Below the pieces are notes generated by a model. The model was not told where the DNA came from and made no database searches. It saw only the letters and a program-made list of their open reading frames with translations. From the IMG/VR virus record IMGVR_UViG_3300033153_015063, positions 178,597 to 242,596 of that record: a stretch of DNA of 64,000 nt, one strand, 5' to 3'. Position 1 is the first letter of the stretch. Each line of letters starts with the position of its first letter. The translations under genes were made by a program, and so were the position numbers. Of this stretch, positions 1-9,742 are shown in pieces.

Positions 1-1
1 C

Positions 2-556
2 GGTTCCACCGGTCCCTCGGCGTCCCGGAAACTGAAAACCATCACCTCGATTTTTGGTTGCTGTGGTGGAGTACCCCAGGTGTTTTCCCTGCCATTCCGG
101 GTGGTCTGGGCTGTGGTTCCCTGACCCATAGTAGGTATCCCCTATGTTGACCCATAACGTGCCCCAGGAGGCAAGCCCTGGTCGGTGGCTGTCGAACAGG
201 TCAGGAAGGTTTGTGGATGCAAATAAGGATAAAAAAGGTTCCTGTCCCAATTCACCCTTCCATGCCCCACAGTAGATACAGAATGATTGTTCTGCATCAG
301 GAACTATCTGAAAGTTATCTTTACCTTTTATCTTAAGTTTACTTGTATTTGTTCCACCAGTTACCCCTTTCCTGATAAAATCTTCCCACTCATGGTCACA
401 ATCGGTGTCTCCGCCCCAGACCTGTGGTTCAGTCCCATAGGCCCTCATCGACCAGTATGGCGGACTGGTGGTTATCATCGAGATTGAACCTGGCTCCAAC
501 TTCCGTGCCAGGTCGATGGCATTCCCACGATGGATTTGGTTCAGTTCCAGATACAT
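2..556 (-). CDS. DNA methyltransferase (N4-C/N6-A, beta class), 5' part; runs off the window edge
   Basis: Not in the ORF track; translated by hand from ATG at 556: MYLELNQIHRGNAIDLARKLEPGSISMITTSPPYWSMRAYG...LWVNIGDTY. TSPPY catalytic motif; clear paralogue of 5992..7638. Confidence 0.85.
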   Translation of the reverse strand, partial: MYLELNQIHRGNAIDLARKLEPGSISMITTSPPYWSMRAYGTEPQVWGGDTDCDHEWEDFIRKGVTGGTNTSKLKIKGKDNFQIVPDAEQSFCIYCGAWKGELGQEPFLSLFASTNLPDLFDSHRPGLASWGTLWVNIGDTYYGSGNHSPDHPEWQGKHLGYSTTATKNRGDGFQFPGRRGTGGT

Positions 557-560
557 CAAC

Positions 561-785
561 TCATATCCTTTTTGCTTCGTATCGAAGATTACATCGTATT
601 TCTCTTTTTACATTTATTTTTTCCAATAGGTATTTTCTGATGAAGTATCTTAATTTTGGCCCTGAAAGGACCCCGGCATGATCCGTTTTTTCAAGATGCC
701 TTTTTATCTGTTTTGTTGTGCAATTTGGATTAGACTTGACAAACTCAACTATCGTATTTTTTAATTTTTTAAAGTTTTTAAACAT
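561..785 (-). CDS. small basic hypothetical protein, possible winged helix
   Basis: 74 aa, in operon context; IVEFVKSNPNCTTKQIKRHL resembles an HTH. Confidence 0.45.
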   Translation of the reverse strand: MFKNFKKLKNTIVEFVKSNPNCTTKQIKRHLEKTDHAGVLSGPKLRYFIRKYLLEKINVKREIRCNLRYEAKRI

Positions 786-786
786 C

Positions 787-1380
787 TTAAAACTCCATTA
801 CGCTCGTGTACTCGACATCATCATCTTCTTTCATAAGCGAGAGTGTTCTCAGCCTGAGTGGTTCATCTGATATCTTTTTCTCCACCACTACCAGTGTGTC
901 ATTGTGCCATCCGCCATGACAGACCACCAACAACTCTTCCTTTACAAACCCCCGGCATTCCCCGAACCCGGTGGTGTTCCAACAACAGGAGATAGCAACA
1001 CCACCAAGTTTTAATTTCCTTGCAGCGGCATCCTTTACCTTACTCCAGAACGATGATTGGGTCGTTTTCATTCCGACATCCATCCCTATCCCCTTGTAGC
1101 ATTCAGAGACCTGCCTGGGGCTGTATGGAGGGTCAAAAAGAACTCCGTCCAGTATCTCGTGTGGACAGTATTTTTCGATGAATACCAATGCATCAACGTG
1201 ATAGATTGTGGGTGCTTCAGGGTTCAGGTCGTTGGTTATCTGGGCTGGAGAGTTCCATCCAGCAAACGGGTCAGCCCATCCTCTACCATCTTCAGGAACA
1301 TACATCTTCAGTATCTCTTTGATTGGTTTGATGGTGAAAGTATCCTTAGATGGCATATGCCATGTCCATTCAAACTTCAC
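787..1380 (-). CDS. putative adenine-specific DNA methyltransferase (short phage type)
   Basis: DPFAG SAM-binding motif and LFDPPY catalytic motif. Confidence 0.8.
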   Translation of the reverse strand: MKFEWTWHMPSKDTFTIKPIKEILKMYVPEDGRGWADPFAGWNSPAQITNDLNPEAPTIYHVDALVFIEKYCPHEILDGVLFDPPYSPRQVSECYKGIGMDVGMKTTQSSFWSKVKDAAARKLKLGGVAISCCWNTTGFGECRGFVKEELLVVCHGGWHNDTLVVVEKKISDEPLRLRTLSLMKEDDDVEYTSVMEF

Positions 1381-3278
1381 TTATTACCACCCATCTCACT
1401 TTTTTCTCTCATAGCATTTACTTTGTACTCTACATTTGGTTGTGACAATCCTTTACCTTTACCTTTAGTGTAGGCATCTTGCCATGTATCTGTCCAATCT
1501 ACGACAAGTGGGGCACCACAAAGAACACAAAATTCTTCCTTATGTTGGTTCCTGTTCTTATACAACCGTCCACCACAACTGGAACAATAAGTAATACCTT
1601 TATGATGAGCTGAAACAGGGAACTCACAACTTATCTTCCATTTTGGTAGTGATTTCATATCAGGAACAAGAACTTTACGGCTATCAGGACGTTCAATCAA
1701 TCTCCGTAGCAACTTTATCCAAGTATGAGAACGTTCTCCCTTTTTTATATCAATATCTATCTCTTTTCTCTTGTTAATACTTTTCTCCTCGATTTGATAC
1801 TCTATGTCAGATGTCGTTATTATCTTCAGAATCTTATCTACTATAATCTTTATTTGTCTGTATATATCAAGTAAAGGACAATGACATAAATCGAGTTTAT
1901 CCTTATTGTGTGTTTTAAGGCATTTCATGGGAAAACAATGAATATTCAGAACCCTTCTTTTGAGAGGGTCGTCACTCTCATCATAATATTTTGATTGTTG
2001 GAACAAGCAAGTATAGTCACTTATCGACTCTGGGCAGTTTATAACAGATGTATTACCAGCATCATCTATACTCAACATAATCTCCTTATCATCAAATAAC
2101 GGATAATGTTTGGGATTATTGTGTATGCCCGGATATGGACTCATCGAAGAACCGTCACTCCACGATTCAGGAGTTGTTGTCCAACCACCATCTATTCTTA
2201 TTATAACCAATCTCTGTGATGTTTCATAATGTTCATTGTCGAGTATAAACACCGATTTAATAAGGATTTTATCAAAATGACCAAAGAATCTTCTATCACC
2301 TAATAACAAGTTATCCTCTATGTCATCAATTCGTGTTTTCAACTCTCTTTTATTCTCTGGTCTGGTTAGGTGTCTCATCTCCACTTGGGTAAAGAAGGGG
2401 TTATCTTCTTGAAAAGGTGGATGGTGTTCGATATTTGGAATTGTCAACCATGTGGGCTTCAGAGGTTCCTCAAACTCGAAGTGCATTGATTTATACGGCA
2501 GTCTTGGTTCAACGTCGAGTGGTGTCATCTCATCAAGTATCTCCATGAAGTTGTTGGAGATAAAGTACTCCATTATCTCGTCCTTTTTCTCCAATGATTG
2601 TTCATCAGTATATACTTCCTCTTCCTGCTTTTCTTCTATCTCATCCTCTTCAGGTGTTGCATCTTTTCCAAATATAGTAAATATCTCTTCGTTTGATAAA
2701 TCTTCTATTTTGTACTCGTCAATATCTTTAATCAGTTTCCCGATACTATCAGCAAAATCCTTCCATCTATCCTTAAATGTCTTTCCTAGTAGTTTACGAT
2801 ATGCTTTATAATATTCCTTCAGGAAATCAGTTGGGGTAATGATATTCTTGAGACTGAATCTCTTACCGTCTTTAAATACAAAATGATATTTATGCACGTG
2901 TTTAGGGTTGGTTGGCTCGACTAGAAAAACACCTAATATAGAATATAAAACTGCTTCTACAGTTTCCCGATTCTTTACTAAATATACAAGTTCTTTAAAG
3001 TCTGTATAAATTTCACTTCCTTCATATTCAAGTATTAAATTGGTCAACTCATTTCTTTTTCTTTCGTTATAAGGTACAAGGTAGTCCTGACTATATATAT
3101 CTTTGAAAAGTTGTTTCTCCACTTCTTTCTTTGTTAAGTTACAGTCACATTTTACGCATCCATCATAATAGTCTACAGTAAGTTCGTCTAAATCACCTTC
3201 TTTCCATATATTGTCAATGTCATAATGGTCACTGGGATAATGACCACACTTACAGACGTGGCATTTCGCTATATTCAT
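1377..3278 (-). CDS. large hypothetical protein with CxxC zinc ribbons, AT-rich
   Basis: 633-aa ORF; CHVCKC at the N-terminus, CSSCG...CVLCG near the C-terminus; no family recognised. Confidence 0.7.
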   Translation of the reverse strand: MNIAKCHVCKCGHYPSDHYDIDNIWKEGDLDELTVDYYDGCVKCDCNLTKKEVEKQLFKDIYSQDYLVPYNERKRNELTNLILEYEGSEIYTDFKELVYLVKNRETVEAVLYSILGVFLVEPTNPKHVHKYHFVFKDGKRFSLKNIITPTDFLKEYYKAYRKLLGKTFKDRWKDFADSIGKLIKDIDEYKIEDLSNEEIFTIFGKDATPEEDEIEEKQEEEVYTDEQSLEKKDEIMEYFISNNFMEILDEMTPLDVEPRLPYKSMHFEFEEPLKPTWLTIPNIEHHPPFQEDNPFFTQVEMRHLTRPENKRELKTRIDDIEDNLLLGDRRFFGHFDKILIKSVFILDNEHYETSQRLVIIRIDGGWTTTPESWSDGSSMSPYPGIHNNPKHYPLFDDKEIMLSIDDAGNTSVINCPESISDYTCLFQQSKYYDESDDPLKRRVLNIHCFPMKCLKTHNKDKLDLCHCPLLDIYRQIKIIVDKILKIITTSDIEYQIEEKSINKRKEIDIDIKKGERSHTWIKLLRRLIERPDSRKVLVPDMKSLPKWKISCEFPVSAHHKGITYCSSCGGRLYKNRNQHKEEFCVLCGAPLVVDWTDTWQDAYTKGKGKGLSQPNVEYKVNAMREKSEMGGNK

Positions 3279-3281
3279 TTT

Positions 3282-3710
3282 TCACTCCTCTCCTAACACA
3301 TTTCTACTATTCCGTTCAGACCACCCAATATCTTTCAATATTTCTTCGGTAATCGGAGATAGTGATAAAGCTTTTATTTCATCCTTCGAGAAGAAAGAAG
3401 CTGCAAGTATTTCTATGCCATCGACATTTATCTTATTGGAGACGTGTTTAGCATACCACACTACGATTATTCTATGATAATATGGCTTTTTGATTATTTC
3501 ATATACCCCAATTTCCTTTACTATCTCGATTTTAATACCGGTTTCCTCTTTCAACTCCCTGACCGCTGCATCTCTCATCAGTTCGAATGGTTCTATCTTA
3601 CCACCAGGGATAGTCCACTTGTTCTTGTCATTACCCTTGGCTCTCAGACCAAGGAGTATTTTATTATCTTTTATCACCACTGAGGCACTACATACTCGTG
3701 GTCCGTTCAC
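3282..3710 (-). CDS. Nudix hydrolase (MutT-like)
   Basis: Nudix box GGKIEPFELMRDAAVRELKEETGI. Confidence 0.9.
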   Translation of the reverse strand: MNGPRVCSASVVIKDNKILLGLRAKGNDKNKWTIPGGKIEPFELMRDAAVRELKEETGIKIEIVKEIGVYEIIKKPYYHRIIVVWYAKHVSNKINVDGIEILAASFFSKDEIKALSLSPITEEILKDIGWSERNSRNVLGEE

Positions 3711-4246
3711 GGTTCCACCTCTGGTTCGTCACCCTTCCACACTTTTTCTATTTTCAACCACATGAAGCTGCACATAATTGCTACATCCACGAGTTCTTCT
3801 GAGTCTGGGATAGAACCCTGCATCATAGATTCCTCCATCTCTATCCACTCGTCTTTGAGTCTTTTGATGAGATAGCCCATTTCATGGTCAGCCCAGGGTT
3901 CCTTTGAACGTGGCAACCCTTCTTTGTTTATACCTTCTGATATATCCTCGAACTTCTTTTCACAAGCTGTCCAGAACATCTGAAGTGTTATTGTTGTCGT
4001 TGAGTTGTTCTTTTTCAACCATTCTGCAGTAAAGTTTCCTCCTGAATCTTCATATCCACAGACCCAGCATCTTATACCATCTGTTTTATGTAGTAGTGTG
4101 CAATCATCATGGGCACCAGGGTCCGCCTCGACTACTAGACCATCGGAAGTCTGTGTTTCTACACCAACACCACATTTAGGACATGAGAACTCTTTGTCGG
4201 TTATTTGATACTCACAATGTTCGAGATAACAGTTTTCTTCAACCAT
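3707..4246 (-). CDS. zinc ribbon plus MazG-like all-alpha NTP pyrophosphatase domain
   Basis: CPKCG and CWVCG; C-terminal RLKDEWIEMEE...EELVDVAIMC acidic helices. Confidence 0.5.
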   Translation of the reverse strand: MVEENCYLEHCEYQITDKEFSCPKCGVGVETQTSDGLVVEADPGAHDDCTLLHKTDGIRCWVCGYEDSGGNFTAEWLKKNNSTTTITLQMFWTACEKKFEDISEGINKEGLPRSKEPWADHEMGYLIKRLKDEWIEMEESMMQGSIPDSEELVDVAIMCSFMWLKIEKVWKGDEPEVEP

Positions 4247-4504
4247 TTATAATACCTCATCGTCTATTTGTAGTGTACCAATCAGGCCAATTTCGTCTGG
4301 ATTTTCAAGTTGTCTGATTTTCTCTTTCAATGCCCTGATCTCGGCCCTGAGTTCACCTTCTATCTCGTACGCTGCACACAGTGGGCAAGGTAAGGTGGGA
4401 TGATCCCACTCGATACGAATACCACCTGCTGCATGTTCGCATTGAGTGGGAATTTGATCTGGTGGTAAGTTAATCCCCCACTGGCATTTTGATATATTCA
4501 TCAC
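4247..4504 (-). CDS. hypothetical protein (CxxC plus coiled coil)
   Basis: Abuts neighbours in the minus-strand operon. Confidence 0.5.
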   Translation of the reverse strand: MMNISKCQWGINLPPDQIPTQCEHAAGGIRIEWDHPTLPCPLCAAYEIEGELRAEIRALKEKIRQLENPDEIGLIGTLQIDDEVL

Positions 4505-4769
4505 ATTTGTTACAGAACCAGACCTCGAATAACCTGTCGGGAGTAAGATTGCCCTGGTTCCACATCAATTTTTTACACGTCGGACACTTCTTACAATCAG
4601 GTGGTGTCCCCTCACCATGAATCCACGTGGGGCAATTCCCCTCATTGTCTTTGGAACATCCTTTTTCCGAGAGAGTGCAGTCTTTACATTTCCTGAATGC
4701 GTTTGCTATTGCAACCTCTTTTTTATGTTCTTCACGTAGTAGTTCGAGAACGTCTTTGTCCCGCATCAT
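4470..4769 (-). CDS. cysteine-rich zinc-ribbon protein
   Basis: CKDC, CKKCPTC and CNKC motifs; operon context. Confidence 0.55.
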   Translation of the reverse strand: MMRDKDVLELLREEHKKEVAIANAFRKCKDCTLSEKGCSKDNEGNCPTWIHGEGTPPDCKKCPTCKKLMWNQGNLTPDRLFEVWFCNKCDEYIKMPVGD

Positions 4770-5149
4770 TCCACCTCATCGTTATGGTTGATCTCCTCAA
4801 GGACCTCGACTTCCCACCCATACTCATCTTTGAATACTTTTCCGAGACCGCTGCAGGTGTTACAGACATTATGACCGATGGTGCATTTGGCCTTACATCT
4901 TGGACATGGCTTCCACTCCAGCTTTTCGATTGTGGCTGCCATCTCGATAGCGTCCTGGATAGCCGAGAACTCGTTGTGCCCCATACCTTCGTAGGCGTAG
5001 GTCTCTTCTTTCTCTTTCCAGCCCATCCTTAAGGTGTACTGGAGAAGAACGTCTTTCAGTGGTTGTGGGTCCTTTTTCTTCCCGTAGTAGAAAAGCTCAT
5101 AACGGCCCCATCGTCGTTTGACCAGTTGTAGTATCGGATGCATCAGCAA
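4766..5149 (-). CDS. hypothetical protein with DnaJ-like CxxCxGxG zinc motif
   Basis: CPRCKAKC and CNTCSGLG; 4-bp overlaps with neighbours. Confidence 0.55.
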   Translation of the reverse strand: MLMHPILQLVKRRWGRYELFYYGKKKDPQPLKDVLLQYTLRMGWKEKEETYAYEGMGHNEFSAIQDAIEMAATIEKLEWKPCPRCKAKCTIGHNVCNTCSGLGKVFKDEYGWEVEVLEEINHNDEVE

Positions 5150-5433
5150 TATCCCCTCTTTGGATTGTGTTCAAGGTTCCAATCGTCTGTCTTGACCTTC
5201 GTGATTGGTGGAATCGGATTCGTGGTTGGTATCGGTTGGTGTGGTATCTTTGCCACTATAAAGGAATTGGATGTCTGGTAGAACTTGACATCCCCTTCAT
5301 AAGTATCTGCTTCATGGATAGCTCTGGCTGCAGCAGAGAGTGGACCGACGATGTAAGCCACTCTTTCGACAATCTCTCGGTTTACTTCCTCAAACATACC
5401 TTCACCTTCTTTACATATTTGTTGTAGTCTCAT
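5143..5433 (-). CDS. hypothetical protein
   Basis: Operon context only. Confidence 0.45.
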   Translation of the reverse strand: MRLQQICKEGEGMFEEVNREIVERVAYIVGPLSAAARAIHEADTYEGDVKFYQTSNSFIVAKIPHQPIPTTNPIPPITKVKTDDWNLEHNPKRGYC

Positions 5434-5987
5434 CAGAAATCAAGTATCGTCATCTGACCATCGCCAGGTTTCCAGAACTTCAGGATAGTATCTTCTTTCC
5501 AACCTCTTTTCATCTCCAGGACACAGGTCTGGACCCGGGACCCAGGAAAGGCATGTCGTGGTAAGTGGGATACCATCTTCAGTCCATATGACAATATTCT
5601 CTGGGTCCTTCCCTCGGAATTTATCAGAGATAACCAGGGTAGAAGGCAGATGATATGATCGGTTATATCCATGAACCTGTCAAGCATCCTGTAACCCATC
5701 TCCATAGGACTGAATGGTGGATTGGCCACTATACAGTCAAACTCTATCATGGAAGATAACTTCCAGAAGTCATTGGGTGCTGTGACATTATTGTAGTATC
5801 TCTTTATCTCATCGACCAGGTTACCCTCTCCTGGTGTTGGTTCGAGTATTGACTTGTTCCTGCACCCTCCTATCATCGAGACCATCTTCTTACATACCCA
5901 TCCCGGCGTCTGGAAGTCAGTCGGCATCGTTGTCTGAATGAAGTAATCGGTCATCGGGTCTACTTCTCCATCCATCACCATCACCAT
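5433..5987 (-). CDS. N6-adenine DNA methyltransferase (gamma class)
   Basis: ILEPTPGEG SAM motif precedes IVANPPF catalytic motif. Confidence 0.85.
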   Translation of the reverse strand: MVMVMDGEVDPMTDYFIQTTMPTDFQTPGWVCKKMVSMIGGCRNKSILEPTPGEGNLVDEIKRYYNNVTAPNDFWKLSSMIEFDCIVANPPFSPMEMGYRMLDRFMDITDHIICLLPWLSLINSEGRTQRILSYGLKMVSHLPRHAFPGSRVQTCVLEMKRGWKEDTILKFWKPGDGQMTILDF

Positions 5988-5991
5988 CTCA

Positions 5992-7638
5992 TCAGAAATC
6001 TAGTGCGTTTGAGTATTCATCGGGGTCTCTCTCCGTCCAGTCATCATCTTCTATCCGCCTTTTTGACATCTCCACGTATTCTGGGTTGATATCGAACAAC
6101 AACCAATCTTTCTTCTGACGCTTCGCAGCGATGCCAACAGTTCCCGTTCCACCAAACGGGTCCAGGACTACCCCAGGTTCGAACTCTGCCCCACAACCAC
6201 AATTGGTTTCTCCAAGGAAGATTGAGAAGGGTTTTTTTTCGTCCCACTCGATAAACCCAGTCAGAATGCAGTTCTTAAATTTCTCTTCTGGTGTTGATGT
6301 CGATAGTTTGAGTGGTTTACCGTAGACCCTTTCCATTGGTAGGCCACACTTTGTACAGACCTTTTCGGGGCATCCCGCCTTGACCGGCCTCATTGCAAGG
6401 TCCACCGGGAAGGTTGCGGTGTGAACCCCCTTGAGTGATGGCGTTGGAGGGATATCCCAGACGCATCGCATGTTTCGGCCTATCGGAGACCCACCCATGC
6501 CGTGTAACCCCCTGGAACGCCCCGTTTCACCGTCTCCAGAGACCTGTACGATTGGATTGGATGACGACCAGACATGGGACCCATCAGCCCGTAGAGTTCT
6601 CTGGTTCTCGAACATTTGTTCGAAATGATAGTTGCGACCCGCCCATAGGTTCTTTTTCAGACGGCCTGTTCCCTGACCCAGACGCCCTCTGTCCCTACAT
6701 CGTTGGCATGGATGCAATTGGGCGACCTCGAACAGGTTGCCCTTTCTCTCTTTTGGGGTTAGCTCTTCCACCCACAACAACTCTAATCCTTCCTTGGAGA
6801 TGCCATATCCCTGACAGTAGTGACACTCAACCCACACCCAGTCGGTGCCCTCTACACCATTGATGCCCTTCGGTTTCTTTGCTGTGATGCCAAGCGTTTC
6901 TCTGTTGACCCAGTAAAGTGGTTTGTTAGACCGTGAAAACATGAAGATATACTCGAAATCGTCAGTGAACCTATCTCGATGTGGATCTGGTATTGTGGAA
7001 CGTTTATACCAGATTATAGTGCTACGAAGTATCCACCCTCGATTACACATCTCGATGGCAAAGCGATGGGGGATGTTGCAGAGGCAGTTGTCGGGGAGCT
7101 CTTTCTGTCGGTTCTGATACCCATCCTTTACGTTGTATGACCTGTTGAACTCACCGTCTTTATACTCCAGGTCATACTTTGGTCTCGTTGCGTAGGAGTC
7201 TGCGATATTTACCATGGCCGTCGACCAGAGCTCCATGCCCGGGACCATTCTATCAAATACTGTGCAAAGGTTGTCCACGAACATGGTAAAGGTTGGTTCC
7301 AGCCCGAGTTGGCCGTGCCACGCCCCACAGTGAACACAGATTTTCCCACCACTTTTCTCTCGGTTCACGGATTCAATGGTCTTGGCTGTAGCTCTCGGAG
7401 CTCCGTGTAAGGTGGAACCACTCAAAGTGTATCTGTTGGACTGGTGAATCTCCAACTCTTCTCCCCACTCATGGTCACAATCGGGGTCTCCGCCCCAGAC
7501 CTGCGAAGGTCCATCATAGTCTCGTTTGTTCCAGTAAGGTGGGCTTGTAAAGATGGTTGCTATTGATCTGGATTCGAGACCATCGGCCAGATCAATAGCA
7601 TTCCCTTCAATAACCTGGTTCCTATCTATCTTCTGCAT
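5992..7638 (-). CDS. DNA methyltransferase (N4-C/N6-A, beta class) with zinc-binding insertions
   Basis: TSPPY, HTATFP and VLDPFGGTGT motifs; inserted CHYCQGYG...CQRC and CTKCG...CGCG segments. Confidence 0.9.
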   Translation of the reverse strand: MQKIDRNQVIEGNAIDLADGLESRSIATIFTSPPYWNKRDYDGPSQVWGGDPDCDHEWGEELEIHQSNRYTLSGSTLHGAPRATAKTIESVNREKSGGKICVHCGAWHGQLGLEPTFTMFVDNLCTVFDRMVPGMELWSTAMVNIADSYATRPKYDLEYKDGEFNRSYNVKDGYQNRQKELPDNCLCNIPHRFAIEMCNRGWILRSTIIWYKRSTIPDPHRDRFTDDFEYIFMFSRSNKPLYWVNRETLGITAKKPKGINGVEGTDWVWVECHYCQGYGISKEGLELLWVEELTPKERKGNLFEVAQLHPCQRCRDRGRLGQGTGRLKKNLWAGRNYHFEQMFENQRTLRADGSHVWSSSNPIVQVSGDGETGRSRGLHGMGGSPIGRNMRCVWDIPPTPSLKGVHTATFPVDLAMRPVKAGCPEKVCTKCGLPMERVYGKPLKLSTSTPEEKFKNCILTGFIEWDEKKPFSIFLGETNCGCGAEFEPGVVLDPFGGTGTVGIAAKRQKKDWLLFDINPEYVEMSKRRIEDDDWTERDPDEYSNALDF

Positions 7639-7685
7639 CTGATAGTGGGAAAAGAACTGGGAGTGTTTAAAAAGAGTTCGCTTAT

Positions 7686-8480
7686 CTACAATCCAAGTCT
7701 CTTTCTTACGTCACCTTCAGATATTTTTCCCTTTCTTCCCTGAGTCTCGAACGGGAAAATGCCAAGAAATTCCATATTGAGTTCTTTTAATTCTTTATTT
7801 TTCTTCTCAATATCTTCTATTGTTACACCTCTAGTCTCTCGAACTCCGTTTCCTATGACTTTTAATATCTCTTTCCAGTACGTTTCATTTTTCAATAAAA
7901 CAGGGCTGTCGGTTCTGATACACTGTAGGTTCAGGTCTTCCCAGGTTGCTGGTCTCCTATATGCAAGAAGCCTTATATCACCAGCAACATTTGGTAACAT
8001 TGGGTCATCTATAGTGTCTCTCCATAGACCTAATCTTATATGGAAATATTTATCGTATGTTTGTAACTCATCTTCGCTATAAGGATTCCTCTCGACCATT
8101 GCACGACCACCATCTGTTAATGTATATATATTGTCCAGATAATCATCGCCTTTTTGTAGTGTGAGGAGACCTCTACCAACTAGACATTGAAGGGTGCCCA
8201 GTTCTCCTATCTGTCCTTCTCGATATTTTGAAATTCCACCCCTTTCATGTATCTTCATTAAAGGCACTCTCTCATCTATTGGAAGTAACCATATCTCGTC
8301 TCGTTCCCATTTTTTCTGGCACACGAGATTATCACACTCGCTCAATTCCTTCAAGAACTCATCCTCTCTCAGCTCAGGAGAATCTCCAACAGGGCCCCTG
8401 TATTCCATATTACCTGTTTCTGGATTGTACTCGTAGCGATAGCGGTTGCCTGAGCCAGGAGGGATTTCGACGATGGTCAT
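7686..8480 (-). CDS. shared-leader family member 1 (payload contains a wHTH-like segment)
   Basis: N-terminus MTIVEIPPGSGNRYRYEY...YRGPVGDSPELREDEFL; ATG at 8480 lies 23 nt after TTTTTATA. Confidence 0.85.
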   Translation of the reverse strand: MTIVEIPPGSGNRYRYEYNPETGNMEYRGPVGDSPELREDEFLKELSECDNLVCQKKWERDEIWLLPIDERVPLMKIHERGGISKYREGQIGELGTLQCLVGRGLLTLQKGDDYLDNIYTLTDGGRAMVERNPYSEDELQTYDKYFHIRLGLWRDTIDDPMLPNVAGDIRLLAYRRPATWEDLNLQCIRTDSPVLLKNETYWKEILKVIGNGVRETRGVTIEDIEKKNKELKELNMEFLGIFPFETQGRKGKISEGDVRKRLGL

Positions 8481-8580
8481 CAAGGAATAGAAGGGGTGGT
8501 GGGTATAAAAATGTGATGGTGGTACTTGTTACTTCAAACTAAGCAATTAATGATAATACAATAGCATTAGGCACAGTTAT

Positions 8581-9645
8581 TTAACTCTTTGGTCTGAACA
8601 ATCGTTGTTTGTAGTTGCGGTCAGGCTCTTCGCCACTTTTCAACCGCTTGTATTTATGCCACTCACAGAGAGAGTGTTCGATGTTGATTAGTGATAGCTC
8701 TCTCACGGGTGGATACCAGCTCTCATCTCCGGCATAGTAATCCCTTTCATTCTCATACTTATCGTCGTCCCAGTAGTGTTCCCGTTCGACGTCCAGGGAT
8801 ATCTCAATGAAAGATGGGTGTTGTGGGGTGTTGCGTAGATACTTGAAATCATGTCCCAACCTTTTGAAGTGCTTCCGTTGACTTTTACAGAGATAGGTGA
8901 TTGCCTTTACATAATCCCGTTGCCCCAGTCTGTTTTTATCTTTCCTTGAAGCGAGATATTCAAGTCCCGATTTTGCACCTGGTCCTGGATCTACGAAATC
9001 ATTTTCTGAAAACGGATTGTTGTTTGAGATAGTGAGATAGTAGTTATAGTCGATGGCGATTTCAAAGGCGAGAAATCTTGAGATAAGAGAAATATCCTGT
9101 AGTGCCTCCCATATTCTACGTATAGTCCCAGCCCCATCTATTTGTCTGTAATATAAATTAAGATGTTTTTTGAGGTCTCGTTCTATCACTTCAACGAAAA
9201 TAGTGGTTAGTTTGTTATCTGTCCCAGCTACTTTGTGGGTGTGGCTAGGCGAGAAAACCTGTTGATTGTGGTCGTTGGACCACTCAGAGACGACATCAAC
9301 CATCGCCTCCCCATCCCACTCCCCCGGGTCCTGTAAACCCATGAAAATCATGGTTTCCGGGTGGTTTATCAGGCGGTAGAGGATTATGTTGAACAGGATC
9401 TTCATCCCAACTTCATCTGGGTCATCATCGGGGTTGTTGATAGGTAAGATGATGTTCTCAATGATGAACCTGGTCCCTCGGTCAAGCTCTCGATAGACGT
9501 TGGAGAAGTGGTACTTCGAGAGGATAGGGTCCTTGGTCCAGGATGCTACTTCCTTCGGGTGTTGACGCTGATGCCATATCTCCTGACGTTCATAAACAAA
9601 GGACCAGAACTCGTCCATCATATCTGTGTGTATTTGTATAGACAC
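8581..9645 (-). CDS. DNA base-modification protein of the aGPT-Pplase1 / 5-hmdU DNA kinase helical-domain family
   Basis: FVYERQEIW...WTKDPILSKYHFSNVYRELDRGT, GPGAKSGL and IEHSLCEWHKY match the motifs of this family as I recall them. Confidence 0.75.
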   Translation of the reverse strand: MSIQIHTDMMDEFWSFVYERQEIWHQRQHPKEVASWTKDPILSKYHFSNVYRELDRGTRFIIENIILPINNPDDDPDEVGMKILFNIILYRLINHPETMIFMGLQDPGEWDGEAMVDVVSEWSNDHNQQVFSPSHTHKVAGTDNKLTTIFVEVIERDLKKHLNLYYRQIDGAGTIRRIWEALQDISLISRFLAFEIAIDYNYYLTISNNNPFSENDFVDPGPGAKSGLEYLASRKDKNRLGQRDYVKAITYLCKSQRKHFKRLGHDFKYLRNTPQHPSFIEISLDVEREHYWDDDKYENERDYYAGDESWYPPVRELSLINIEHSLCEWHKYKRLKSGEEPDRNYKQRLFRPKS

Positions 9646-9742
9646 AGAATGTAAATGGCCGAGAGAGATTAAAAAGATAGCGGGTTGTTTTTGAGTGGCG
9701 ACTCAGACTTCGAGGTCACGAGCTCCAGACCCTCGGAGCGGG

